Positions 27,301 through 38,219 of a stretch of 64,000 nucleotides of DNA are shown one piece after another; within the stretch, counting starts at the first letter, position 1; the number at the start of each line of letters is the position of its first letter. A program made the position numbers and the translations under genes. Below the pieces are notes generated by a model, which saw only the letters and a program-made list of their open reading frames with translations, was not told where the DNA came from and ran no database searches. The DNA lies in contig JBHGNT010000006.1 of assembly GCA_043228905.1 (NCBI GenBank), forward strand, positions 12,152,001-12,216,000. Direction: 5' to 3'. The DNA is from Azolla caroliniana (lineage: Eukaryota > Plantae > Polypodiophyta).

Positions 27301-27750
27301 AATTTGGAGCTTAGCATTCTCTTTCATTAACGTCCCAATCTCTTCACCTTTCTTGTTTATGGTTTCTTGAAGAGAAATCAAGTGACTCATAAGCATTTTG
27401 TCCATTGCATTGGAATCGAGATTTGTTGGTTATCTCGGCTCATCAATCATACCCCCGAACTTTGCGGCGGCTTTACGAGTGTTTTCCATTGTAGGGACAA
27501 ACCCTACGGGAAGAGAGAGACATAGAGAGAGGGAGAGAGAATGTACTTTTCACTCGATTTAGGGCTTCAAAATCTACCTTGCGTTTGAGGAACCATGGGG
27601 CAAAGATGGTTGCGGATGAAAACGCTCCTAACTTCTCACCACGGTAACGGAATTCAGTAAATGAACATTCTTTAGAAATCTCTCTGAAAGAGCTTTCCAA
27701 GGAGCTATAGAACTTAGAAAACGATGGCCAGAGTGAACTTACAGAGAACT
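24336..27750 (-). mobile_element. Degenerate RTE/RTEX-like LINE with ORF1 and EN-RT, truncated at its 3' end
   Basis: ORF1 ~27405-26655: coiled coil, ERKQRSKNIVIRGIKEE, HRVG..RPIV, VSEDRT. EN: LVETW, QGGVA, FGDVNAR, SVIDYVL, SDHRPL. RT: PLHKGGD..NYRTI, FVDFKKAFD, GVKQGCPLSPTLF. Confidence 0.88.
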
Positions 27751-27752
27751 TT

Positions 27753-27753
<1 letters not shown>

Positions 27754-27796
<43 letters not shown>

Positions 27797-27815
27797 AAGA
27801 AAGAAAGAAAGAAAG
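27754..27815. repeat. (GA)n(GAAA)n microsatellite
   Basis: Directly visible. Confidence 0.95.
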
Positions 27816-28159
27816 ATATATTAACGTCTTCTAAGGCCAAGTTTGGCCCATGAGACAATTGGTTTACAACAAAATGAGTATTTATCCAGTCATCATAACT
27901 AAAATAAAATAAAGTAAACATAGAACTTAAGCTAAAAGAGTTCTACTAGTGTACAATATGTGGTATACTTGATAAAAGAAGTGACTTTACACTAAAGGAA
28001 GAGAGAGAGGTGCTCAAAGAAAACTATGCTACATTAACCCTCGAACATCATATACAATTCTTAGTCTCTCACTTATATAGTTACGGTAACTTAGCCCTAG
28101 CTGCGAGGACGTGTTCACACTAGGATACAAGTGGGTAGAGTGGGACTTTTAGCCCAACA

Positions 28160-29560
28160 AAGATGTATTACATAATGAGCGCATGTCTATTAAGAGTGCA
28201 CAAACAATGCCAATTTAAGTGGTTGAAACAAACTTTGCAAGACAACAAATTGAGTGCACCTTTACTTGGTAGAACAAGATCAAGCTCTCACCATGCATCC
28301 AATAATTTTGTGGATTATTCCGTTGTTGCAACAGCATGTAATGAGGAGCCACTTACTTTTGAAGATGCATGTGATGATCCACATTGGATGAGTGTTATGC
28401 AATCAGAAATGGATTCCATTCATAAAAATGGTGCTTGGCCGTATTGGTTGCCAAAAGATATGCACAACAATATGGCATTGATTATGAGGAACCTTTTGCA
28501 TCCACTTCATACATGACTACCGTTCGTACCTGATGGAGAGATATAGAAAAAGATAGAGAAGAGAAGAGGAAGAGAAAGGAGGACTGGGTCATGTGATGCA
28601 AAACTTGACATTCTTATGGCTGATTTGTAGCATACTTTTGATGTCACTTATCTTGGTCTTTTGAGCTACTATCTTGGCATCCAGTTTGTATCCGTTGAGG
28701 GGGAATGGATATGCATCAAGGAAAGTATGTTGAAAAACTACTTTAGTGTTTTGACTTTGAGGATTGCAAGCTGGTTTCTACACCTGTGGAGATAGGATTT
28801 AGGTTCTCAGTTGAGGATTCTAGTGATGCATTTGAGACTTCTCTTTATCAGCAAGTTGTGGGATGTCCTATATATGCAGGCAATACAAGGCCAGATATAC
28901 AGTATACAGTTTCCCACTTTAGTCAATTCATGCATAGCCCTGGCACTAAGCATTGGCTAGCAGTGAAACGGGTGTTTCGATATCTTAGAGGCACTTTGAG
29001 CTTGGGTCTCTTTTATGGCAGAGATACTCAGCCATGCTTGCATGCTTTTACAGATAGTGATTGGGCTGGTTGTTACGATACTTGCATGTCCACTCGTGGT
29101 AACTGCTTTTTCCTTGGAAACTCATGTATATCTTGGTTTAGTAAAAAGCAACCTACATTGGCGACATCGAGTTGTGAAGCTGCCTATAGGGCAGTTTTCA
29201 CAGCTCAGTGGAGTGTATATGGCTGAGACGCCTTTTGATGGATCTTTGCATGGAGATTTATGCTGCTACACATATTCTCATAGATAGTCAGAGTGCATTG
29301 GTTGTTGCACGAAATCCTGTATTTCATGCACATACCAAACATATTGAGGTGCATTATCACTATGTGAGAGAGTGAGCGCCTTCATGCAGGAGATATTGAT
29401 TTGGCATATGTGCCTACACAAGGTAATGTGGCAAACATATTCACCAAAGCTCTTCCACAGGAGAAGTTTGAAGCTTTTCGCAAAGCTTTAGGTTTATTGC
29501 CTTGTGGGGGTTTATCTGTCACTCCCTGTATGTGTTCACATCATTCGCTTCAGGGGGGTT
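28160..29560 (+). pseudogene. Degenerate copia RT/RNase H fragment
   Basis: EEPLTFEDA..W..MQSEM, TRPDIQY, AFTDSDWAG, SWFSKKQ, HTKHIEVHYHY, ANIFTKAL. Confidence 0.85.
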
Positions 29561-29849
29561 TGTTACACTTATGTGTTCCTTGAGTAGCTTTGATGTGGAC
29601 CTTTTCCCTATACGTGGGCACTTTTTACTCTAGTGTTGGCTTGAGGTTTTCTCCCCATGTTACCACATACATGCTTCACTCATATGTGGTGTTACTTAGT
29701 ATTTAGGGATATATTTTTCAGCTCTTACCTAAGTTTAAACATTATTCATCAATAGAGAGAGCTATTCCAACCATTATCTTCTCTATGTGAGTGTTGTGTT
29801 TGTACTTCTTGTGTGTGCTTCTTGTGTGTTTGTACACTCCTACACACAC

Positions 29850-30860
29850 CCAACAGGATCCTCCTCTGCTTTCATATCTTTGTTAGACACGTACACGGTG
29901 ATAGCTTCCACTACATCAATTTCGAACAACGGAACTATCCTTGGATTTTCCTCGAGGTAGCAGTACACCTTATCATCTACTAATCCGTCCAACATGTGGA
30001 CTCCTACGTATAGTGGTGTCAGTTGCTTTGTGTTGGTCACGTGCTCTTGCGTCAATACCCGAACCTTGGTCTTTCCCCGTTAGAAACTAGTAATGTTCTT
30101 CTGCCAGTTTTGCTTAATGTGTGTGGTTCTCAGCCATGGTCATCCTAGTAGCAAAGGATACGCCCCTGGCGTACTACCACCACAAAAATTTGGAATGGGT
30201 GTCCCCCCATGGCCATTTCAAGATTCCAGATAAGCCTTGTTGGTCGGACTGAACTAGTGTCTTCCATTCATAACTAGAATGGACATGGTTCCCATTCAAG
30301 AATGCCTAATTTATCACATGTGTTGTCACTGATTACATTCGCATCGAAAGCTCCATCAATTATTGTTCCCGACAGTTCCTTTCCTCAGATGATCATCGTC
30401 ACCGTCGGATTATGCTCATCCATCACTGTGGGTCAATCACTTGGATTTGTGAAGTATGTTGGGGCCAACGACGGCTTCTATTGGGTAATGACTGTCGTTA
30501 GTGTTTCCGTGATTTTGGGCACTAATTTAAGTAAGCCGGCTAATGGCAGGGTAATTTGGCATTGGGTCAATGCTTGCTAGGCGGGGTCCTTGTCTAATAA
30601 TTGTATCACTGATTATGACTTTGATTCGGCCGATTGTTGTGCCAAGTCGTGTTGCATCTTTTCCACATTCTGTTGATTCACTTTTTCCACCAATTCCTTC
30701 ACTGCCTTGCGCACTGCCTCTTGTGTGGCCCACTCATCCAAATTCTCTTTTCGGTGTGTCATGACTTGCTAGACCTCAGCCACCTCTACTACCAACATGT
30801 TACTAATGGTGCTTTGCCTTTTTCCTTCTTTGGGCATTGTGGAGCGTAATGCCCATCCTT
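29850..30860 (-). pseudogene. Degenerate Ty3/gypsy-type gag-protease fragment
   Basis: Minus strand reads IIDGAFDANVISDNTCDKLG (retropepsin active-site region, decayed) and AYPLLLG*PWLRT (LLGRPWL motif). Confidence 0.7.
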
Positions 30861-30864
30861 TCTG

Positions 30865-31327
30865 CAATGAGAGAAAACAGCTAGGAATACACATAGTAAG
30901 AGTAAGAGTAAGAGTAAGGGAGACTGAGTGAGCAGACAACAACATATCTATTACACGAAAAGACTCAATACTTACAATTGCGCTCATAGAGCACTTTTTA
31001 TACAATCTTCTAACATAGGCTGACTCAAGTACTAACAAGTACTTGAATGCTCATAACTAAGCATCTGACACTTATTCCCAAAAATATTCCTATTACTATG
31101 AATAGGTGCATCTGCCCTAATGGCCCGTCAGTTCCTGCCAATCTGGTCTAGTTGATCGGCCTTCGTCTGATCCGACTTTTGACTTCTTCAACCGGTCTGA
31201 CCCTAGCCGACTAGCCTTCGTCCAATCTGGCTTCCGTCTTCTTCAACCAGTCGGCCCATGTTGAGCTTGTCTTCTTCAACCGAGCACAGAGATGACTCCG
31301 GCCTAACCGATTCGGCTGACAACAACA
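30865..31327 (-). mobile_element. LTR fragment, family F
   Basis: Shares GCTGAC.CAAGTACT.AC.AGTACTTGA..GCTCATAA and TGTTGAGCTTGTCT with 44194-44618; boundaries approximate. Confidence 0.65.
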
Positions 31328-31411
31328 TATCATCTCTTTGTATTATCTATATGTTGTTTTCTTTCATTTATTACAGATTCTTTTGTATACGCCTACGCCA
31401 TTATGGGGGAG

Positions 31412-31729
31412 TGTCGAATATGATAATATAATGGACATATTCACACTACCCCATTGGACAAACTAAAGTAGGCTATATTAGTAATTAGCATAAAGGATAG
31501 TTGCCCTAATTTGGTTAGTATATAACCAACTTGTAACCTAGTTTGTAAGACGATGTTGCCATGTGAATAATACAATTATTGTTGTGTGCTTTATTTTTCC
31601 TCTCTCTACCTTCTTGTTTCTTATAGTTTGTTTTTGTCATCTCCGTTCATCTGTTTAATGTTCAACAACTTGTTGTCTTAATACATAGTGTTGTGTTTTA
31701 CATCGTTATTGTCAACCTTGTTCCCAACA
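31412..31729 (+). mobile_element. Diverged 3' LTR of copia family D/E with preceding PPT
   Basis: CATTATGGGGGAG then TGTCGAATA...CCTTGTTCCCAACA, matching both ends of the LTR at 56746-57043. Confidence 0.85.
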
Positions 31730-31899
31730 CGAAGCTCTACCCGCAAGTTTTTTTTTCCTCTTTATCATCTCTATCTACATTTATTTCTTCTTCTTTCTTC
31801 TCCGGTCCATGTAATGAGACCAAGTTTCTACTCATTGTATTTACTTATTTTCTTAATTTGGTGTTGTTTATAATATATCTATATATATATATATATAGC

Positions 31900-32073
31900 G
31901 ACAAACCTCACATCGATAGACTTCAAAAAGAGTTACAAAGTAGCATAGAAATATTGCAAACATACCAAGAAGACCGTTTTATGTGGATTAAAGTCCTCAC
32001 TACCAAGGACCAGGTAGTATTTCTTGTCATTTGTTACTTTCCCCCAAAAGGATGCCATTATAATATGGCTTGA
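31900..32073 (+). pseudogene. LINE endonuclease fragment
   Basis: RFMWIKV...VFLVICYFPP parallels YIWLKI...TFVVGCYIP in the LINE EN at 25784-26470. Confidence 0.55.
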
Positions 32074-32680
32074 GAGGTGGGGTTAGCAAATCAAGGAGTA
32101 CCATGCAGGCCTAATAGACGAGGAAAATAGGAATTAGAAAAAGCACCCCCTAATACAATCAAGAAAATTAATGTGTGTGTGTGTGAGTATAACTCCTCTG
32201 TAACCGTCTGTGGATGAGGAAGAACTCAAGGTTGTTGTCTTGTTGTTTCTTATTGTACATTCTTCTTACCTTAGTCACTCGTTCGGAGTTTGTGGACTCT
32301 CGTGGTATTTCCCTTTCAGGGTTTCCACGTTAAAAATACTTTTGCCTTTGTGTCAGTGCATCATTTATGTTATTTCCGTTTTCTATCATTCTCATTTGTG
32401 CTTGATAATTGATTGTGGCCGCTCCCATATTCATCATAACAAACACTCCATTCACTCCTACCTAGCCAAGCCAAACCTCCTACCTTTTCACCCTAGTAAA
32501 TTTGTTAACTACATGGGCCATGCTCCTTTACTCATCATATTATTTTTCACATCCTTATACATCCAATCTATCACATCTTGAAGCCTTTTCCATTATTTTT
32601 CTACTCTTGGACCCGCCACGTCACAATAACATAATGTCACTACGATTTGAAAGTATATATATATACCATGGTAGTGCAAA

Positions 32681-32865
32681 TAGGATTTGAAACCATTTTT
32701 GAATTTTTATGATAATTTTAGCATGTAAGAGAAGAGCATGTATATTGTTGCTATTGTAATTGCACTATGCCACAACAACATAATTGCACTACAATTCTTA
32801 GGATGATTTGAAACCATTTTCAATTCATTATGATACTTTTAGCATATAAGAGAAGAGCATGTATT
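32681..32865. repeat. ~65-bp imperfect direct repeat
   Basis: GATTTGAAACCATTTT...TTTTAGCAT.TAAGAGAAGAGCATGTAT occurs twice, ~120 bp apart. Confidence 0.8.
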
Positions 32866-34968
32866 CAAACGATATAATTAAGTATGCATGAATAAATCAA
32901 GAGGATTATTAAGTATTGTTTTGTTTGTGAAGAACTGTTATCAAACGCAAGTTGTTTTAAGGGATACTTTTGGTTGACATATTGTTATTGAGATTTTCTG
33001 TAAGGATCAACTATTATGGATAGTAGGAGTGTATGCACGAAATGTAGCTAATAAAAGAAGATTATTGTCGTAATCTTTGTTGGCTACTCTTAGAGTTGAC
33101 AAACTAGGACTATTGAGGGGGGATCTCAATCCTTGTTGTGACAATGATTAGTCAACTTCAATGCATTCTATCATGGATACTTTGGAATTACGTGCTTGGG
33201 ATCAAATTATAGGTGAATATCGAGGGACCCTAGTTACATTTTTCATTTCATATATGAGCTAGTTGATTACTCTTTTCTCAAAAATTTGTCTAAAGATGAG
33301 GTGTGCTCTAGATATTTCAAATAATAATGTGTGTAAAGTATCTAGATATTATGGAAGGCAAAATGTAACATGTACTAACTATTTTGATAGAGAGATATAA
33401 GTGCATAGTCAATATCTGGCGAGATGGTGTAGATTCATTGAAAATCCAATCTATTCTATCAAAAACATCAACCATGGATGCAAAAATAAAGAGTAATTAA
33501 CAAATTTGTGAGCATAAGTTGAAGCAAGTGGTTATGGATAATAATTGTCAAAACACATTCTTTCTTCAATTCTCTTCATGAGACCTGTGTTAAATGTACT
33601 ATGGCTAAGAGTATATTTGGGCAATTAGATTATTTTGATCCACATATCATTGTTTGAGAATGTGAGGATCATTTCACGCATTTATTTCATTCAGATTGGA
33701 ATATTCATGAGCATGTCAAATAAGCTACTAACATCTGTGTTTGGGATATAGGAAATCATGTAATTCATTACTTGTGCTCGCCCTTGAGTCGATTACTATT
33801 CGTAAATATGTTCATCAAGGATGCACTTTCAGTCTTTTCTTGTTTGCATGATTAACTGCCCTCTTTTAATACATTTTCATTATTAGTCAGCATTGGATTG
33901 GGTATTAGATGGGATTTCTTTACCATCAAGAAATTCTTGTGTTTAAGCCTTAGTGGATGATCATGTTATACATTTGGGGACACATTCATATATGTTGCAA
34001 AAGTTATGTAAGTGTGCTATCTGTTTGCTATTGTTTCAGATTCAAAATATAAATATGAGGAAATGAAATCTTATTTCATGTACAAAGAAGAACTTAGAGA
34101 AGGTTGGATGGTTAGAGAGTCGACAAATGCATAGTAGAATCATCAACAGTGAATGATTGCCACATCTTCTCAGGATATGAGCTCCCACATCACACTGGCA
34201 TTATGTTAAGCACTCGTATATACCAACAGACTATTTCCTTCAGTTATATGATCTTTACACTCAATAATGTCGATAAAGGAAATGGTCGGTCCTACATAGG
34301 GTCAAAAGAATGAAGTATATACAATACAAGGAGGTGTTCAATGAAACACTTTCATTTTTTAGGAAAAAGAAAGAAATCATCGAAATACCTTTCTTCACCA
34401 AGTGTATACGTTATCACTGCAACAAAGAAAGGAAACAAATCAAATGTCATTTAATTTGTCTAGAGAATCAACCCGAAATTTTCACAGCCATAAAATATAT
34501 TGAAAACATTCCAGTATTGATAGGCCCTTACAAGACAGCTTAAAACACGCAATTGCAAAGTATGCCAGGTTAACTTAAAACATTTAACTAAAATATGCCC
34601 CAGACAAAAGAAACTAAAACTGTAATAAATTTCCTTGGTTTTACTTCTGGGCCAATCAAGAATGCCATTACTCTACTCAGAACTGTAAAGCAAAACAAGG
34701 CATCGTGCGTCAAAGCAGGATATGAAAGCATTGCATATAAATAATGTCAAAGAAATTGTATAGATAGATAGTTAGGTAGCTAATAGTGTGTTTTCTAAGC
34801 TTTAAGGTCATGGGTATCACAAAAAAAAAAACATCTCTATTTTGATCTTGAGTTGTTGTTTTCTTGCCACAACCCCACCCAGACAGGGTTGAAGAAAACC
34901 ATTGAGGAAAAGCAATCATGGCATCATGATTTTGTATGAGGCAAATGCTAGACAGTAAAACTAAGAAA

Positions 34969-35164
34969 TCAATACAGATTTGCGAAGAGAGAATGTACAC
35001 ATACACCAAGTGTTGAAGGCTTGTGCTCCAATGCATCACACTGCACTTCCAAAGCATTCACCTCTTCTTCAAGCTCCTTTATCTTTTGTTCGTATTCCTG
35101 TGCCTCTCTCCTGACCTTGTTTAGTTGTGTTTCCATCTTCAAAAAGGTGCCGGATGATTGTGTC
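34969..35164 (-). CDS. Exon 4 (coiled-coil tail) of the 7TM protein; 3' end uncertain
   Basis: Acceptor TTGTAG| in the correct phase; heptad-rich FLKMETQLNKVRREAQEYEQKIKELEEEVNALEVQCDAL. Either reads to TGA at 34969 or splices at a GT near 35004-35006 to a short last exon. Confidence 0.75.
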
Positions 35165-35376
35165 CTACAAGTGAGCATGCCAGCCATATGACAGTTTTTT
35201 ACCACAAAACAGCAAAAAAATGAAGAAAGACGGGAATCTGAATCCTCAAGTTCAGAGTTTATGATGACTCAAATGTCAGGCTTCCAATTCAATTTGCTAA
35301 AGAGAAGAAGAGATAAGTTTTGTTATTTGAGATGAGAATAAAGAAGCATATATTAGTTGAGCAAAAGGTAGTGTAC

Positions 35377-35619
35377 CTTTCAAGGTCACTAGGTAACCTT
35401 CTGAGCTCATCATTGAACTTCTCCAAATATGCATCCCGATTAAATATCACATTATATATGACAACACCATTTCTGCCCCAGAAGGCATAGAAAACAACAC
35501 CAGCTGCAGCTATAGATAAGAAACACCGACCGGTGGATTCATTATATACATCCGTCTGAAGAGTTACCAGAGATAAGAGGAACAGGAAAACTGAGAGCAC
35601 ACCACACCTCCGAATCACC
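35377..35619 (-). CDS. Exon 3 (TM6, TM7, proximal tail) of the 7TM protein
   Basis: Acceptor TCTTGCAG|, donor AG|GTACAC, 243 nt, phase 2/2. Two hydrophobic helices, then IYNVIFNRDAYLEKF. Confidence 0.88.
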
Positions 35620-36376
35620 CTGCAAGACGGACAGTTTAGATTTGATGTTCGATCATATTATATATGGAAGAAAGTTTAGATATTAATCGGTTTGTGGCAT
35701 CTCATGTACACATTGATCTTGCAAAAACAACAAAGAATGATGACAGAAAGAAATGAAATGGCTGTCAGTAACTCTGCAAGCATGTACATCAGCTTGTGAT
35801 CAAATTGAGGCAGAAGCTTTACAGTTAGGATTAACATTCGGTTAATTCGTTTCAACACTATCCTGCTCTGCTTCAGGCATGAAACACTAAGTTCAGTTTG
35901 ACATGATGATTGTGGTCAATAGGAATTTCAGGCACAATCTCTGTAGTAGTAGTAGATTGGTTTTTAATGCTGGATCAATTTTTAGATCTACTGGATGTAG
36001 TTTTACGTTTAAATTACAAGAAAAAGTCTCGTATTTCTTTTTGTCTTCTCTACATAGGAATGAGACATGCTTGCGAGGTGTAAGTTAATTCACTACTACA
36101 AATTAATATGGACCGTCATCAACACGATGAAGAGAAGGGATATACATAGTACAGATGTAATGAGCCCAAGATTCTATGGGGACAAACGAAGAAAGCAATT
36201 TCCATCAATATGAATGTCCTATAAATAGAAAGAACACAACTACTACTTGAATAATAGGCCAAGACCATGAAATGAATGTTTGTATTCCTTTTTGATAAAA
36301 CCTGAATCCTTCATTCTTAATGTAACAGTGTTTTTTTTTTTTTTTCTATTAAGTACATGGGCTGCCAAATACACAC

Positions 36377-36538
36377 CTGTATTCATTAAACTGAGCCATG
36401 GTGTTCCGAAGTCTGAATCCGAAACCCATTAAAATAAGATAATTTATAAACTGAAGAAGCACCATCCCAAAAACCCATACCGGCTTGGAAACAAATACAC
36501 AGTGTCCTTTATTCGGATCTCCTGGCATGGTTTCAAAC
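36377..36538 (-). CDS. Exon 2 (ECL2, TM5, ICL3) of the 7TM protein
   Basis: Acceptor TGCATCAG|, donor AG|GTGTGT, 162 nt, phase 2/2 keeps the frame. Encodes GHCVF...LRNTMAQFNEYR. Confidence 0.88.
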
Positions 36539-36869
36539 CTGATGCATAAATACACACACAAAAATACACTTGATTAATTCCATACTTAAATAAACATCTA
36601 TCTTTACACACACAAATTCAAATTTGGTTTGATCATTTCTTTGTAAATAATTTCTGTGTTGTGGATTTTCACTTCACCACTGAGGTTTAGCATCAATAAT
36701 TTAATTTATGTGACTACAAAACCCTTTCTTTTACCTTCAAACCAACTCACAAAGCATCAATCAAACTAAAAGCATCATTATAGGCACCCTTTTCTCCTCA
36801 AAAAATGTTTCAAAGGTCTACTAAACAAGAGTGACGATGATGAGGACGAGGACGAGGACGACCACTTAC

Positions 36870-37354
36870 TTGAGCACTTTTTTGCTTTTTATGGTGGCGG
36901 CGATTGCAAAGGTGATGAAAGGGAGCGAGAGTGGCAGAATAAAAACATATTCATGGATACAAGTCAACGATTTCCATACAAAGATCTGATATAGGGTGAA
37001 AAACCGAACCGTTAAACAATTGAGCCAAAGAGAGTATCCAAAGCAAGCTTGGATCCAAAAGGTCCAAAGAATGCATAAGTCGAGGCCCGAATGTCGGCTC
37101 CTAGCAAAATGGTTATTCACAATAAGGCTGGAGAGGACCCACATCAAGCCACCGATGGAGCTGAGGAGAGTGAGGGGCAAGCTTTTGGTCTTGATCGGGC
37201 GGTATCCTCGGTAATAGAAGAGGACGAGGTTACCCAATAGCATGAGGAAGCCGCCCGCAGAGATGATGGAGACAGTGATGTAGTCGGGGGCGGAGGGGGG
37301 TTTGGGAAAGTGGGGGGTGCTTTCTCGCGGGGTAGAAGAATCAGTGATTGACAT
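36870..37354 (-). CDS. Exon 1 (TM1-TM4) of a 7TM GPCR-like protein, RGS1-7TM/class C-like
   Basis: ATG 37354 with an in-frame TGA two codons upstream; donor AA|GTAAGT, phase 2. Motifs APDYITVSI, YRPIKTKSLP, CILWTFWIQ..G..L, RFFTLYQIF. Confidence 0.88.
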
Positions 37355-37480
37355 TCTTCAGTCTTCTCTGATCTTCTTGTACTCCTCCCCTGCAGGTCTT
37401 GGTATATAATATTCCCACAGAGAGTATGTATCTGAATATGCTGCTCTATGCAGACACTGTACGAGAGAGACTTTATGATT

Positions 37481-37592
37481 GACTGGACTGGACTGGACTG
37501 GACTGGACTGGACTGGACTGGACTGGACTGGACTGGACTGGACTGGACTGGATTGGACTGGATTGGACTGGACCTGCTGCTGCTGCTGCTGC
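37481..37592. repeat. (GACTG)~18 pentanucleotide repeat followed by (CTG)n, just upstream of the 7TM start codon
   Basis: Directly visible; two units are GATTG variants. Confidence 0.95.
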
Positions 37593-37830
37593 TTGCTACC
37601 AAAGCAATCGATTATGAATCATTGAGAAGGAAGGGATCAGAGCACTCATCAACATGTATGTAGTCGGGCATATTTCTGTCTGCTCCCCAGTGGGGGCTCC
37701 ACGTCTTGTCTCCTCGCCTCTTGCCTCTCTGTTCCTTCCTTTCCTTCCTTTCCCTTTTTTTGTGTGTTGTGTGGCCGTCGTTGCTGCTATAAAACATGCT
37801 GAAGTCAATGGAATGACTAAGATTAGTTAC

Positions 37831-37862
<32 letters not shown>

Positions 37863-38179
37863 ACATACATATATGATATATATATATATATATGCTCAAA
37901 TCCAATGAACGTCTTGTATCTCTCTCTATTTAGACTCCAAAGAGGCACCATTGTATTTTGGCAAAGTTTTTAACCCCTATCCCAAAAAAATTCCTCCTCC
38001 TCATTATCCTCACCAGAATTTTTTAAATTTTAACCCACCAATTCCCTATCACATCACAGTTAATGTCAACCAGAACTCTTTCAAATTCTAAAAGAAAAAA
38101 ATCATCACATACCCAATTGTATAACATGAACATTTGTAAGAAAATTTTACAAAACCCCTACTTCCTTCTATTGTTATAT

Positions 38180-38180
<1 letters not shown>

Positions 38181-38218
<38 letters not shown>
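38181..38218. repeat. (CT)n microsatellite
   Basis: Directly visible. Confidence 0.95.

Positions 38219-38219
<1 letters not shown>

Noticed and set aside
33300-34900. RGS-domain exons downstream of the 7TM gene
   Set aside because: No RGS-like motif seen in the ORF track or in candidate exons read by eye; very small exons cannot be fully excluded.
37144-37663. SSPVQ / DWTGL repeat ORFs
   Set aside because: Artefacts of the (GACTG)n tract, out of frame with or antisense to the real exon.
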